A stretch of DNA of 64,000 nt from Bacillota bacterium (GCA_023410475.1 JAEYPS010000029.1:24849-88848), one strand, 5' to 3'; shown: positions 35,362-44,187, counted from the stretch's first letter. Notes: a model not told the origin generated them from the letters alone. Translations and numbers: made by a program.

Positions 35362-36838
35362 CGCCGATACCTCCCTTAACGGTTTTTATTTTATATACCA
35401 ATCCCATTATCTGAAGCGCGATAAGGGGCGTTAACGCCACCATCGCGATCATACCGAACCCGTCCGCGAGCACGTCGGCGCCTGTGGTGGCGTCGGCTGC
35501 GCCATGCGCGAACGCAAGCACGAATGTGGCCGTCATCGGCCCCGACGCTACGCCTCCCGAGTCAAAAGCAATGCCTACGAACAGCTTTGGCACGAAAAAC
35601 GTCATGGCAATAGCTATCGCATAGCCGGGCAGCAGATAGTGCCAAAGCTGTATCTCGGGGATTATTATGCGCAGCATCGAAAGAGCGATAGCGGCGCCTA
35701 CGCCGATAGAAAGCATGATAAGGACCGCTTTTCTTTTAACGTATCCGCTCGTTACGTCCTCTATCTGCCTTGTGAGCACGTGCACCGCGGGCTCGGACAG
35801 TATTGTGGCAAAGCCTATTACAAACGCGATTATCACCAGGAACGATTTATTTTCCATCGACGCAAGCGCAAAGCCTATCTTGCCGCCTACCTCCATGAAG
35901 CCCGCGCTGACGCCGGTCAAAAACACGACTAATCCGGCAAACGTGAACAAAAGCCCGATGAGCACGCGCAGCGCAGCCTTTTTGGACATCCCGAACGCTA
36001 TCCTTTTCAGCACCAAAAACATAAGCATTATAGGCAAAAGCGCAAGCAGCACGTTGCCTGCGGCCACGGGAAGGCTGCTCAAAAACGGCTCAATCACAGA
36101 CTCCGACGCCTTATGGGCCGGCATGCTTCCCGTAAGCTGAGCGCCGCCTGAGGCGATGCTCATTATCATAACGGACATTATCGCTCCGGCTGATACTATG
36201 GCTACGAGGCCGAAGCTGTCCTTCTCGGAGGCTTTGCTGTCCTTTTTGAGCCGTGTCACGCCCATAGCGAGCGCTAATATGAAAGGAACGGTAAGCGCTC
36301 CCGTTGTCGCGCCCGAAGCGTCGAACGATATCGCCAGAAGCTCACGCGAAGTAAAAAGCGCGAGCACGAGTATAATTAAGTAACAGACGCCGAGTATGAT
36401 ATACAGCGGTATATTGTACAGTATCCTGATAAAACCCAAAGAAAGCATCACCGCTATGCCCGCGGAGACTACCACTATAAGCTTTAACTGTGATATAAGG
36501 CCGGACGTTACCGAATCCACCTCTCCCGCGAGTATATGAAGATCGGGCTCGGCAATGGAGATAAAAAACCCGAGAGCGAGCGCCGAGACAGCAACTATCC
36601 AAAGCTTGTTTGACTTGGCTATGGCAAAACCCATAGAATTTCCTATGGGGGTGATGCCGATATCAACGCCGAATAAAAAAGCGGTCAGCCCAATTACTAT
36701 CAGGGAAGCGCCTATTAAAAACCTTACAAGCAGAACCGGACTTAATGGCGTAAACGTAAAACCCAGCACCAGCACCATTACCGTAACTGGGGCTACAGCG
36801 AGCAATACCTCTTTAAGCCTTGCGCGTAATACCTTCAA
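35351..36838 (-). CDS. fused double DUF1538-type integral membrane protein
   Basis: 495 aa, polytopic. Clear internal duplication: IAEPDLHILAGEVDSVTSG / LSEPAVHVLTRQIEDVTSG, and ISFDASGATTGALTVPFILALAMG / IAFDSGGVASGPMTATFVLAFAHG. TTG start after GAAAGGA. Confidence 0.65.
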   Translation of the reverse strand: MKVLRARLKEVLLAVAPVTVMVLVLGFTFTPLSPVLLVRFLIGASLIVIGLTAFLFGVDIGITPIGNSMGFAIAKSNKLWIVAVSALALGFFISIAEPDLHILAGEVDSVTSGLISQLKLIVVVSAGIAVMLSLGFIRILYNIPLYIILGVCYLIILVLALFTSRELLAISFDASGATTGALTVPFILALAMGVTRLKKDSKASEKDSFGLVAIVSAGAIMSVMIMSIASGGAQLTGSMPAHKASESVIEPFLSSLPVAAGNVLLALLPIMLMFLVLKRIAFGMSKKAALRVLIGLLFTFAGLVVFLTGVSAGFMEVGGKIGFALASMENKSFLVIIAFVIGFATILSEPAVHVLTRQIEDVTSGYVKRKAVLIMLSIGVGAAIALSMLRIIIPEIQLWHYLLPGYAIAIAMTFFVPKLFVGIAFDSGGVASGPMTATFVLAFAHGAADATTGADVLADGFGMIAMVALTPLIALQIMGLVYKIKTVKGGIGGVK

Positions 36839-36909
36839 ACCGGTTCGTTCCTTTCTGTCAATGTATAAATGGCGGCATATTCTGCCGAACTAACTGCGGA
36901 GGCGGTTTT

Positions 36910-36938
36910 ATTATACCCCGCAGCGGGCGGGCTATCAA
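36910..36938 (-). promoter_or_regulatory. sigma-A type promoter for the DUF1538/PII operon
   Basis: Minus strand TTGATA-17 nt-TATAAT, about 70 nt upstream of the TTG start. Confidence 0.6.
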
Positions 36939-37005
36939 GATTAGGCAGACCAATCGTTCAGCAACGCGGCGGCAAAGAACAATACCACAAAGCGTCTCCT
37001 TAAAT

Positions 37006-37455
37006 CTATATACCATCAAATATCTTAACAAAGTTTTTATGCTCTTTGCGAAGAGTATATCCGCAGTGCTGGTAGAACTCGTGAGCCTGGGTTCTCGCAA
37101 AGCCGGAGGACAGGCGGACGCCTTCACAGCCGCACTCTTTAGCCCAGCCCTGCGCGGCTAAGAGCAGCTTTTTGCCTATGCCGAGCCCGCGCAGGCGCTC
37201 GTCCACCGCTATCGCCATTATGTTTTTAAGCGGGCCGCAGTACGTGCATTCATAATCGGCGGCGTGAACATAGCCGGCGACTATGCCTTCGCATTCGGCA
37301 ACATAAATCTTGTCGGACGGCCTTGACAGTATCAGCCTGAGCCTCACAAGCGTTTTTTCATAAGGATAGTCGTAGCCGAGAGCGTCTCGGTTTAGCTGGC
37401 AGAAGCGCGGACAGTCGCTTATCGCGGCCTGGCGAATAATGATATCATCTCTCAT
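37006..37455 (-). CDS. GNAT family N-acetyltransferase
   Basis: Motif A context VDERLRGLGIGKKLLLAAQGWAKECG. Start at MRDDIII. Confidence 0.8.
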   Translation of the reverse strand: MRDDIIIRQAAISDCPRFCQLNRDALGYDYPYEKTLVRLRLILSRPSDKIYVAECEGIVAGYVHAADYECTYCGPLKNIMAIAVDERLRGLGIGKKLLLAAQGWAKECGCEGVRLSSGFARTQAHEFYQHCGYTLRKEHKNFVKIFDGI

Positions 37456-37554
37456 AGAACTACCGCCTTTTAGATTTTTTATTATTATACCATAATTACA
37501 GTACGCGGATAATAAAAAGGCGGCCAAAGGCCGCCCGAGATTAAACTGCGGTTA

Positions 37555-38439
37555 CTATTTGACGCCCAGCAGAAGCTTCGCGAGGAACGAGTCACGGCCG
37601 AGTATCACTGTCTTATTATCGCCGCCCAGCGAGGACTTAAGAGCGTCGAGCGCCAGCATATATTCGTAAAACTCGCGTTTGTCGTCTGAGTTGTACGCCT
37701 CGGCAAGCATTCTCATATATTCCTGCTCGCCCTCGGCAACTATTTTCGCGGCATCGGCTTCGGCGTTTGAGATTATTATGCCGACCTGCTTGTCTACGTC
37801 GTTGCGTATAACTGACGCGAGGTATTCGCCGTCCGCCGTGAACTTCTCGGATATCTGGTTGCGTTCGGATATCATGCGCTGATACACCGCCTGCTCGTTT
37901 GCCTCGGGCAGGTCGAATCTCTTTATCTTTACGTCCACGACGTCTATGCCGTAGTTGTTGGCGATGGCGTCAACGCTCAAGGAAATACCGGCGTAAATAT
38001 CGTTTCTTCCTGACGGGTCGTCCATATTGATGATATCGCGCTGCGCCAGAGTGCCCATTACATTTTTGAGCGAGTTGTACGTCATTGTGTCGAGGCGCTC
38101 CTCGGCGACACTTACGCTGCCCAGAGACTGAAAGAACTTAAGCGGCTCGGTTATGCGCCACAGCACATAGCTGTCTACAGTCATATTCTGCTTGTCCGCG
38201 GTTAAAACCTCTGAAGGCGGGATATCATAGAACATTATGGCTTTAGGGAACGTCCTTACCGTGTCTACGAACGGCGTCTTGAAGTATATGCCGGGAGTCT
38301 CTTTTGTGTCTATTATCTTAGAGAACCTTACCGTGCAAGCGTATTCGTTTTCCTGAACGACATAGAAGCTCGAAGTGAGCACTATTATCGCGATTAGAAC
38401 GAATAATATTACAAGCGCTTTTACTATCTTCTTTTTCAT
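37555..38439 (-). CDS. hflC: FtsH protease modulator HflC (SPFH/band-7)
   Basis: N-terminal TM plus SPFH domain (YVVQENEYACTVRFSKI...FKTPFVDTV). Second gene of the pair, starting 1 nt after the hflK stop. Confidence 0.85.
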   Translation of the reverse strand: MKKKIVKALVILFVLIAIIVLTSSFYVVQENEYACTVRFSKIIDTKETPGIYFKTPFVDTVRTFPKAIMFYDIPPSEVLTADKQNMTVDSYVLWRITEPLKFFQSLGSVSVAEERLDTMTYNSLKNVMGTLAQRDIINMDDPSGRNDIYAGISLSVDAIANNYGIDVVDVKIKRFDLPEANEQAVYQRMISERNQISEKFTADGEYLASVIRNDVDKQVGIIISNAEADAAKIVAEGEQEYMRMLAEAYNSDDKREFYEYMLALDALKSSLGGDNKTVILGRDSFLAKLLLGVK

Positions 38440-38440
38440 G

Positions 38441-39409
38441 TTATTGTACCCCCGTTCCCTGCGCCGAGCCGAAGAAGCTCTCAAGCGGCAGCATCATGTC
38501 TACGCCGCCTTCGGACGTGTTTATATATACCTTAACGCCCGGCAGAAGCGCAGTAATGACCTCGTAGTACATGCGCGAGCGGGTTATCGCCGGGTTGATC
38601 GCGTATTCCTTGTACATCGCCTCGAACATCGCTATCTTCTCCACGGCTTCGTTTATCCTGCTCTGCTTTAAATACTCGGAGTTTCGCAAAAGCTTGTCCG
38701 CCTGGGCCTTTGCCTCGGGAAGCTGAGCATTCTCGTAAGCCTTCGCCTGGTTGACTACTGTTTCCGCTCCCTGTTTCGCGGTTTCGACCTGTTTGAACGC
38801 GGCAGTGACCTCATCGGTGGGGGGCTCGCTGTCCTGGATCTTTACGTCCGTTAGCATCAGGCCTATATCATACTTTGTGAGCACGTCGGTAATGAGCTCC
38901 TTTACCTGCTGCTGTATGAGCTCCTTGCCGTTCGTCAGCACCGCGTCGACGTTGGTTGAACCGACTACGTTTCTTACTTGGCTCTGTATAAGGTTCCTGA
39001 GAATCTGCTCAGGCTCGTACGACGAGAACAGATATTTTACCGGGTCCGAGATCTTGTACTCAACAAAAAACTCCACGTTTACGATATTGTAATCGCCAGT
39101 TATCATATTACTTTCGCTTCGCACCAGATCATAACCCCCTGGAGCCGATTGGTTGGTCCGGTAGCCGAGCTCTATCTTCTGAAAAACGTTTACGTCTACC
39201 TTATACGCCTCTTGTATGCCGAACGGCAGCTTGAAGTGTATGCCCGCCTCCGTTATATCCGTCACCCTGCCAAAAGTGGTAACGACTCCGCGCTGCTTGT
39301 CGTCTACCGTGTACCAGCACGTGGCGGCGAAAATAATAACCAGCACGGCAACGACGAGAGAAACGACAATTTTCTTTGCCTTTTTCCTGTCGACATTTCG
39401 AATATCCAA
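38441..39409 (-). CDS. hflK: FtsH protease modulator HflK (SPFH/band-7)
   Basis: N-terminal TM plus SPFH domain (RGVVTTFGRVTDITEAGIHFKLPFGIQ) and a coiled-coil C-terminus. Confidence 0.85.
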   Translation of the reverse strand: MDIRNVDRKKAKKIVVSLVVAVLVIIFAATCWYTVDDKQRGVVTTFGRVTDITEAGIHFKLPFGIQEAYKVDVNVFQKIELGYRTNQSAPGGYDLVRSESNMITGDYNIVNVEFFVEYKISDPVKYLFSSYEPEQILRNLIQSQVRNVVGSTNVDAVLTNGKELIQQQVKELITDVLTKYDIGLMLTDVKIQDSEPPTDEVTAAFKQVETAKQGAETVVNQAKAYENAQLPEAKAQADKLLRNSEYLKQSRINEAVEKIAMFEAMYKEYAINPAITRSRMYYEVITALLPGVKVYINTSEGGVDMMLPLESFFGSAQGTGVQ

Positions 39410-39543
39410 AAATCATCACCATCCTATGTATAGTGTTTTATATATTATCACAAACGGGCACAGATAAAAAGGCTTATTCGCATCCAATGCTTTTTGCGAA
39501 AATTCTCTGGACCCGAATTCATAATCGCCTGACGGCAAATTGT

Positions 39544-39888
39544 TTATTCTACAATGACTTTTCCTTTCATATAGGGATGGGGTGTGCAAATATAATCAAA
39601 CGTTCCCGCTTCATCAAACGTCAGTGTGGAAGATTCGCCTTTTCCCAACAGCCCGGTATCAAAAGAATCACCTGCTGCGTTGTGCCTTGCCGAGTCTTGA
39701 TTTATCCATGTAATCGTATCGCCCTTCTGTATGGTCATCTCGGCAGGCTGAAATTTAAAATCCTTAATAACGACGGTATTCCCGTCCGCCGGTATAGCCG
39801 ATGCCTGCGATTCGCCGCCATTACCGCATGCTGCGACAGCGGCGATAAGCAGCAGCAATAAACCGACCAAAATAAGCTTTTTTCTCAT
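39544..39888 (-). CDS. cupredoxin (amicyanin/plastocyanin-like) lipoprotein
   Basis: Lipobox AVAAC and a full type-1 copper ligand set: His in DSARHNA, then CTPHPYM (C-x2-H-x2-M), ending KGKVIVE. AGGAGG 7 nt upstream. Confidence 0.75.
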   Translation of the reverse strand: MRKKLILVGLLLLLIAAVAACGNGGESQASAIPADGNTVVIKDFKFQPAEMTIQKGDTITWINQDSARHNAAGDSFDTGLLGKGESSTLTFDEAGTFDYICTPHPYMKGKVIVE

Positions 39889-39959
39889 AAGTTCGCCTCC
39901 TTGTTATATATAGTTACGGTTTGCAGACGCCGGGGCGGCGTACTGCATGGAACGCGGGA

Positions 39960-40169
39960 CTAGATAAGGGTGAGAAACCCAAAGCTGAGCCCTATCGCTA
40001 TAAAGCCGTGGATTGCAGCCAGCAGCAGTATCACGTATCCCAAAACGCGGTGCACTTTAAAATTAACACGTATTAGCTTTTTTGCTATGGCAATCTGGAA
40101 GACGATAGATAAAAACAACGCAATACCCAGCCAGAAATGAAGCGGAAGCCCCAATATTACAGGTATCAT
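39960..40169 (-). CDS. small two-TM membrane protein with three His
   Basis: 69 aa with GGAGG 6 nt upstream of the ATG. Histidines at LHFW, VHRV and AIHG. Lies immediately upstream of the cupredoxin gene. Confidence 0.5.
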   Translation of the reverse strand: MIPVILGLPLHFWLGIALFLSIVFQIAIAKKLIRVNFKVHRVLGYVILLLAAIHGFIAIGLSFGFLTLI

Positions 40170-40317
40170 TTTCTACCTCCATATTATGAAATAGAACATG
40201 TGAATAAACTAAGTATACATAGATTCTGACTGATTTACAATACGAATGGCTTGCCTGAAGAATGACGCTTATGACAGTAAGATTAAGTTTGTGACCAAGT
40301 TATCTTTGTATTAACAG

Positions 40318-40845
40318 TTATATAAGTTCCTTTATCATTATTATGCAGTGGTAGTCTTGCCCGAGGCAGTGGGGCATGAAACCGGCGGGCTTAAAGCCGT
40401 ATTCCACGAAAAAATCGAAATGCTCGCGCCCGAAAGATTCAAGGTCATGAAGCTCCTGCCAGTATTGGCCCAAGGGGCGGCCATGACATGACATACCCGC
40501 CGAGCCTATCATGTAGCGCAGTATTCGGTAGCCCTTGCCGAGCGCATAACATTCGGCCTGCTCTAAAAGCGGGCGTATCTGATGCTCCATGACGAACTTA
40601 CCGTCATCATCAAAGCCGAGGCACTCGATGCTAAGGCACGAGTAGCACTCGTAGTCGGCGCAGAGCAGCCAGCCTTCGGGGCGTGTCTCCTCCTCGCCCA
40701 TGAACCAGCCGACGTTGTGCGTTGTGTTGCGTATGTCGGACAGCTGCCCCAGAGCCCCTTTATAATCCCACCAGTCGGGCTTGATCGAAGCCATAAACTC
40801 GGCGACGCGGGGGATATTGGATTCTGTGAGAGGATAGATATTCAT
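40318..40845 (-). CDS. hypothetical protein, possibly GNAT-fold
   Basis: 175-aa ORF. The length and C-terminal FFVEYGFKP pattern resemble acetyltransferases, but motif A is not clear. Confidence 0.4.
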   Translation of the reverse strand: MNIYPLTESNIPRVAEFMASIKPDWWDYKGALGQLSDIRNTTHNVGWFMGEEETRPEGWLLCADYECYSCLSIECLGFDDDGKFVMEHQIRPLLEQAECYALGKGYRILRYMIGSAGMSCHGRPLGQYWQELHDLESFGREHFDFFVEYGFKPAGFMPHCLGQDYHCIIMIKELI

Positions 40846-40868
40846 AGATTACCTCGCAATAAGTATTG

Positions 40869-41369
40869 TTATGCCGGCCTTTTCGATCTGTAAAACTCGA
40901 AGAGCAGGCCCATATAATCCGGCAGCTTCGAAAGATCGGGCTGATGGAATTCAAACACAAGCCCGTTGCACTTTTCGGAAAGGCGGCCACCCAGCGTGTA
41001 GGATTTTCGAAACTTACACACTCCGTTTTTATCATTCTTGCAATGAGTGCAGTCGCCGTGCGCTCCCGTGAACACGTCTTTGATATGCGCAGGAGCGTTT
41101 TCGATATAGGCGCGGTGTTTGTCGATATTGCTGAAAAAAAGCCTAAGAACGATAACGTCCGCCCGTATGTATATGCGCGCTATGACTTTCCTGCTTTTTA
41201 CGCCTGCCTTTGCGTAGATGATCATAAATCTGCCCCAGCAGTAACCGCTGCCGATGCTGCCGCCGAAGTCATACCCCAGCGCTTTCATTTTACTATCAAA
41301 GGCAATCATGAATTCTTTGTCTGAATCTGATATAAAACCAAACCGGCTTTCCAACATGATATTTCTCAT
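40869..41369 (-). CDS. hypothetical protein with Cys/His-rich C-terminal half
   Basis: 166-aa ORF with a GAHGDCTHCKNDKNGVCKF...EKC cluster. No family recognised. Confidence 0.45.
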   Translation of the reverse strand: MRNIMLESRFGFISDSDKEFMIAFDSKMKALGYDFGGSIGSGYCWGRFMIIYAKAGVKSRKVIARIYIRADVIVLRLFFSNIDKHRAYIENAPAHIKDVFTGAHGDCTHCKNDKNGVCKFRKSYTLGGRLSEKCNGLVFEFHQPDLSKLPDYMGLLFEFYRSKRPA

Positions 41370-41602
41370 TTATAGCACCTCGAATATATTTTAACATAAA
41401 GCGCCGAAAAATCTATACGAGATAATGGTTAATGCTGTCTTAAAATAAAAAGCCGTCCTGCGGCTTTTAAATAATATAAAATTATAACTATTAAACGGCG
41501 CCCTATAGTCTAATGCTTACTAAGCTGAGAGCATTCGTTATCAGCTCTTTTTCTATAGGTACCATCGTCTTTTCGTATCGTTCTATCTTTTATTAAGGCG
41601 CT

Positions 41603-41666
41603 GGTTATCGCTTGCTTCAAATCCTCTCAACCTCATTCCAATTAAAAAAACGCCATTTAGGGCGGA
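41603..41666. repeat. 64-bp direct repeat, copy R1
   Basis: GGTTATCGCTTGCTTCAAATCCTCTCAACCTCATTCCAATTAAAAAAACGCCATTTAGGGCGGA. Matches R2 at 60/64 positions. Confidence 0.9.
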
Positions 41667-41776
41667 CATGGGGCCCCCGCAAATCCGTAAGGTTTTGCGG
41701 GAAAGGAGGAGCAAGGGAGCGGTCAAAGTTTTTTCGGTCAATGAAAAAACGGAGCAAAGCGAACTTTGCTCTGACG

Positions 41777-41792
41777 TGGTCGGGGTGACAGG
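41777..41792 (-). repeat. 16-nt duplicate of the tRNA-Pro 3' end (att-like core)
   Basis: Minus strand CCTGTCACCCCGACCA is identical to the last 16 nt of the intact tRNA-Pro at 41999-42014. It is followed by its own hairpin plus T-run (GAGCAAAG-TTCG-CTTTGCTC CGTTTTTT). Confidence 0.85.
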
Positions 41793-41926
41793 TATGGTTG
41801 TGATATAAACCGACAGCCTGCGCCGTTGCTTCTGCCAAGCAGCAACAGAGTGCCGAGCCGTCTCGCTAAAAACGCCACAGTGTGGCGTTTTCACCGGGGT
41901 CCCCAAAAAGCCGTGCTTTTTGGGGT

Positions 41927-41961
41927 GGTTATCGCTCGCTTCAAATCCTCTCAATCTCATT

Positions 41962-41990
<29 letters not shown>
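41927..41990. repeat. 64-bp direct repeat, copy R2
   Basis: GGTTATCGCTCGCTTCAAATCCTCTCAATCTCATTCCAATTAAAAAACCGCCATTTAAGGCGGA, abutting the tRNA-Pro 3' end. Confidence 0.9.
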
Positions 41991-42075
<85 letters not shown>

Positions 42076-42123
42076 ATATGCGCCTTGTCAGTGATATACG
42101 CGTAACAAGGCTTAACAAAAAAA

Positions 42124-42199
42124 TGGAGCCAATGAGCGGATTCGAACCGCTGACCTGCTGATTACGAATCAGCTGCTCTACCGACTGAGCTACATTGGC
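42124..42199 (-). tRNA. tRNA-Thr (anticodon CGT)
   Basis: Hand-folded 76-nt cloverleaf: GCCAATG TA GCTC AGTCGGTA GAGC A GCTGA TTCGTAA TCAGC AGGTC AGCGG TTCGAAT CCGCT CATTGGC T CCA. Confidence 0.9.
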
Positions 42200-42248
42200 G
42201 CAGCGTTCCGGCGCATAAATACAGTCACTGAAACACCGGCAGTATCGA

Positions 42249-42277
42249 ATTATATCACAATAATTCTGGACTGCCAA
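42249..42277 (-). promoter_or_regulatory. sigma-A type promoter for the tRNA-Thr/tRNA-Pro pair
   Basis: Minus strand TTGGCA-17 nt-TATAAT with TG at the extended -10 position, about 45 nt upstream of tRNA-Thr. Confidence 0.6.
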
Positions 42278-42302
42278 TATGTTTTTTCAAAGAAAAACAC
42301 AA

Positions 42303-43580
42303 TTACGCACCGGCAGTTTTTTCACGTTTTACCGTTTCTGATACAATGTTTTCGGCGAAGGTTTCTTGCGTGTCAGAGCGTTTTTTACGGTGTGAAATGA
42401 TAAAATATCCTATCGCGGCTGATACGGCAAAGAACGCGATTCCGGTACCGCCCCACAGCGTTCTTATGCCCTCTGTGGAGTACGCTATGAGAGCGCCAAG
42501 AGGGGCAGCGAGACCGCCGGCCTGAAACGCGAACGAGGAAAATGACAACAGGCTAGCGCGCTTGCACGCGGGTATCTCTATATTGAGCATAGTGCTTTCG
42601 GCTACGTTAGCTCCGCCAAACAGGAAATAGACAATAAAAAACATTGCGCCGAACCCGATGGCGCTGCGCTGCAGGGAAAACACAGCGGCTGCGGCAAACA
42701 GCAAAAGCTTTGCCGCAATATACCCGATATAAAGCTGCTGCTGCCTTTTAAAAAATATGCGCTTGACAAGAAGGTTGCCCAGAGACGCGAATAAAAAGCA
42801 CCCGAAACTCAAAAGCCCGAGCGACCAGTCGGCGCCTTCAGGAAGCAGCGCCGTATATGCGGGCTGCCAGTACGTCTCGACTGTAAATATGAAAAAGCCT
42901 CCGAAAAACATGCCCAGCGTCAGCAGCAGAACGATTCGGCTTTTCTTTACAAACCGAACGCTTTCCGATATGTGCTGTTTCAAGGGTATGGACTGCTTCG
43001 TTCGAATGCCGGGTTCACGCAGCAACACGGCGCCGGCAAGGATGACCGCGGCGCAAAAGGCGCATCTCATAATCATATTAAGGTCGTATGAGCCAAGGGA
43101 TGGGAAAGCGCTTCTCGCGATGCCGGGAAGGAAGCCGCCGAAGAAAGCTCCGGCCGCTATCCCCGCGGTCTCAATCAGCGCAAGGCGCGACGTTACAACC
43201 GGCATGCTGCCTATACCGTGAGTTTTTGTGTAAGCGTCTATAATAAGCGCGTCTATGGAGCCCGAAGCGAACGCCTTGCCCGCGCCCCAGAGTATTATGA
43301 CGGGTATCAGCAGTGCCAATGAATCCGCAAACAGCAGCAAAAGCACTGCCGCAAGATAAAATATATTTGACAAAAGGAATACGCGCTTTCGCCCGGCAAG
43401 GTCTGCGAGCACCCCGCTCGGGACTTCTAGTATAAAAACGGTAAGAGAATAAAAGCCGAAGACAACGGCGAGATCGGAAAGCGATATTCCCCTCTCGAGC
43501 AGCGCGAGGCTCAGCACCGGCACCATAAGCCCCATCGAGAAGCAGCTTGCCAGAAGCAGCATCCAGTATGACTTTTTCAT
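42303..43580 (-). CDS. MFS transporter
   Basis: 425 aa, ~12 TM, with an MFS signature-like loop (GVLADLAGRKRVFL). 4-nt overlap with the upstream regulator gene. Confidence 0.85.
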   Translation of the reverse strand: MKKSYWMLLLASCFSMGLMVPVLSLALLERGISLSDLAVVFGFYSLTVFILEVPSGVLADLAGRKRVFLLSNIFYLAAVLLLLFADSLALLIPVIILWGAGKAFASGSIDALIIDAYTKTHGIGSMPVVTSRLALIETAGIAAGAFFGGFLPGIARSAFPSLGSYDLNMIMRCAFCAAVILAGAVLLREPGIRTKQSIPLKQHISESVRFVKKSRIVLLLTLGMFFGGFFIFTVETYWQPAYTALLPEGADWSLGLLSFGCFLFASLGNLLVKRIFFKRQQQLYIGYIAAKLLLFAAAAVFSLQRSAIGFGAMFFIVYFLFGGANVAESTMLNIEIPACKRASLLSFSSFAFQAGGLAAPLGALIAYSTEGIRTLWGGTGIAFFAVSAAIGYFIISHRKKRSDTQETFAENIVSETVKREKTAGA

Positions 43581-44146
43581 TGCGAGAACCGCGAATTATA
43601 AAGTATCAGGGCATATTCCCACGGCTCGGCACCTTGCCGATATTGTTTGTGGGCATCGATATAGTCGCGTATCAGCTTCAAAAGTTTCTGAGAGTCTTCA
43701 GGCGTAAGGTGGACGACGCCGCTTAAAACGTCGCCGTATTCATGCAGCCTGCCTGGTGGTATGCCGCTGCTTTTAGCGTGCGCTATTCCTTTATTCATGC
43801 CTTTTAAAGCGTTGAGAAGTATGTTTTGCGTCACGGCATTACGTTCGCTTTCAAGTCCGTCGTCAAGCTGAATCCCGATATTGACGGTGACGTCCGCCAG
43901 CCGGTAATAGCGCGCGAGTATACCGTTTATTAGCTCGGTGTGGTCCTCCTCGACAATCCCAAGGCCAGAGAGCTTAGATATGTGGTGCGAGGCGGATGAC
44001 GCTGAGATTCCGAGCGCATCCGCGATACGCTTCGCGGTCACAGGCTGACCCTCTGCGCGCATCACACGCAGCAATTGCTGCCGCCGGGGGCTCATATATA
44101 CTTTTAGTTCTTCTTTTGTTGACAGCGAAATGATTTTATTCGTCAT
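43577..44146 (-). CDS. ArsR-type winged-helix transcriptional regulator with C-terminal extension
   Basis: 189 aa with HTH RIADALGISASSASHHISKLSGLGIV. Translationally coupled to the MFS gene. Confidence 0.75.
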   Translation of the reverse strand: MTNKIISLSTKEELKVYMSPRRQQLLRVMRAEGQPVTAKRIADALGISASSASHHISKLSGLGIVEEDHTELINGILARYYRLADVTVNIGIQLDDGLESERNAVTQNILLNALKGMNKGIAHAKSSGIPPGRLHEYGDVLSGVVHLTPEDSQKLLKLIRDYIDAHKQYRQGAEPWEYALILYNSRFSQ

Positions 44147-44158
44147 GCGCTTGCCTCC

Positions 44159-44187
44159 TAACGTTACATATATTATAACGTTACATA
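44159..44187. promoter_or_regulatory. candidate operator: direct repeat TAACGTTACATA x2 (17-bp period)
   Basis: Exact 12-mers at 44159-44170 and 44176-44187, each containing the palindrome AACGTT. They start 13 nt upstream of the regulator's start codon. Confidence 0.45.

Noticed and set aside
41583-41960. 125-aa minus-strand ORF spanning the repeat region next to tRNA-Pro. It begins and ends with the same MRLRGFEASDN peptide.
   Set aside because: The repeated peptide is simply the 64-bp DNA repeat translated. The ORF runs through several strong hairpins and the tRNA 3' fragment, and it has no RBS.
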